A stretch of DNA of 64,000 nucleotides from Candidatus Latescibacterota bacterium (GTDB lineage: Bacteria; Latescibacterota; UBA2968; UBA8231). The translations under genes were made by a program, and so were the position numbers. The stretch is from contig CBDAOB010000004.1 in assembly GCA_965197905.1 (NCBI GenBank), positions 544,001 through 608,000 of the forward strand, written 5' to 3'. Each line of letters starts with the position of its first letter. Position 1 is the stretch's first letter. Positions 62,973-64,000 of the stretch are shown here, piece by piece. Below the pieces are notes generated by a model. That model saw only the letters and a list, made by a program, of their open reading frames with translations, was not told the origin of the DNA and did not search any database.

Positions 62973-64000
62973 TTGTTCAAAAAGAAAAAGACCCTCACAG
63001 GTCTGGCCAAAACCTGCGGCTGAGCAGCGAAAGTCAGTCCGGTCGGACTGGAGAGGCTGCTTTCAGCAATACCGCAAGCGAGCGATCCAAACATTCTGGT
63101 GGGGTTCCAGACTTCGGATGATGCCGGCGTCTATCGTCTCGACGATGATACGGCACTTGTGCTGACCGCCGACATCATTACGCCACCGGTGGACGACCCC
63201 CACATGTTCGGGCAGATCGGAGCGGCAAACTCTCTGAGCGATGTCTACGCCATGGGGGGACGTCCGTTGACCTGTTTGAGTCTTGTAGGATTTCCATCCG
63301 AGGTGTTGGATCCGGAGATCCTGGCGGGGATAACCGCCGGTGCCGTGGACAAAATCACGGAGTCCGGCGCGGTCCTGGTAGGAGGACATACGACAGAGGA
63401 CGCCGAGCCGAAGTTTGGACTGTCGGTTACCGGGCGGGTTCACCCCGATCGGGTTTGGCGAAATTCGGGTGCACGAGACGGCGACCTTCTGATCCTGACC
63501 AAACCGATCGGCAGCGGAGTCCTCTTCAATGCGAATCTCAAAGGCTGGGTCTCGAAGCAAGCTATGGAGGGGTGTCTGGGGATCGCCACTACGCTCAACA
63601 AAGCTGCGGCAGAATCGATGGCGGATCTCGATGTGCACGCCGCGACAGACGTCAGCGGTTTCGGTTTGGCGGGTCACGCGTTGGAAATGGCTCGCGCTTC
63701 CGGGGTGCTGTTGGAAATCACTGCCTCAGAGGTGCCGATCATGGATGAAGCCTTACACATGTATCAGAAAGGCGTATCCACTGGGGTAAATTCCGCGAAT
63801 CGGGAGCTCATCCAGGATGTTACTCGTTTCGAGCACCGTCTCCCGGCCAGGCATGAGGAGGTCTTCGTCGATCCCCAGACGAGTGGCGGTTTGCTATTCG
63901 CCATAGCGCCGGGCGATGGATCCGCCGTCTTGCAAAGACTTCGTGATGTGGGGGTTGAGGCGGCTACCGTGGGCCGCGTTTCACCCTACTCAGAACCGCA
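62973..64000 (+). CDS. selD: Selenide, water dikinase (selenophosphate synthetase), selenoprotein form, runs off the window
   Basis: TTG start after GAGGA; KTCG-TGA-AAK; DDAGVY, ANSLSDVYAMGG, TDVSGFGLAGH, DPQTSGGLL all in one frame. Confidence 0.93.
63035..63050 (+). promoter_or_regulatory. Bacterial SECIS hairpin
   Basis: CAGTCC-GGTC-GGACTG beginning 11 nt after the in-frame TGA at 63021-63023. Confidence 0.8.

Overview
GC-rich bacterial chromosome window. Gene content suggests the FCB superphylum, possibly Latescibacterota (inference only). Left part (1-27.5 kb): an accessory-looking region between two near-identical tRNA-Arg genes (UCG and ACG). It holds a short sigma-70 gene with a sigma-54 promoter, glycoside-hydrolase-like and secreted proteins, gene relics and a tandem array of HEAT/CBM9-like lipoproteins. 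Centre (27.6-54.9 kb): one co-oriented minus-strand gene run: tRNA-Arg/His, wzz-like, rfaE2, NusG paralogue, giant FG-GAP/Ig/FlgD surface protein, CRTAC1-like protein, PorV-like barrel/transglutaminase/TPR fusion, small TPR protein, CHASE2 adenylate cyclase, cpoB, bamD, nadD, thrC. The ~2,500-codon surface-protein gene is split by an ORF-less 749-bp group II intron and by an IS256. The IS256 transposase is itself split by an RT-encoding group II intron. All three insertions can be removed to restore reading frame at their junctions. Right end: RsmB-family methyltransferase, MarR, hybrid kinase, osmoprotectant ABC transporter, an IS1380 and a selenocysteine-containing selD with a SECIS hairpin. 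Product names come from motif recognition by eye; no database searches were run.
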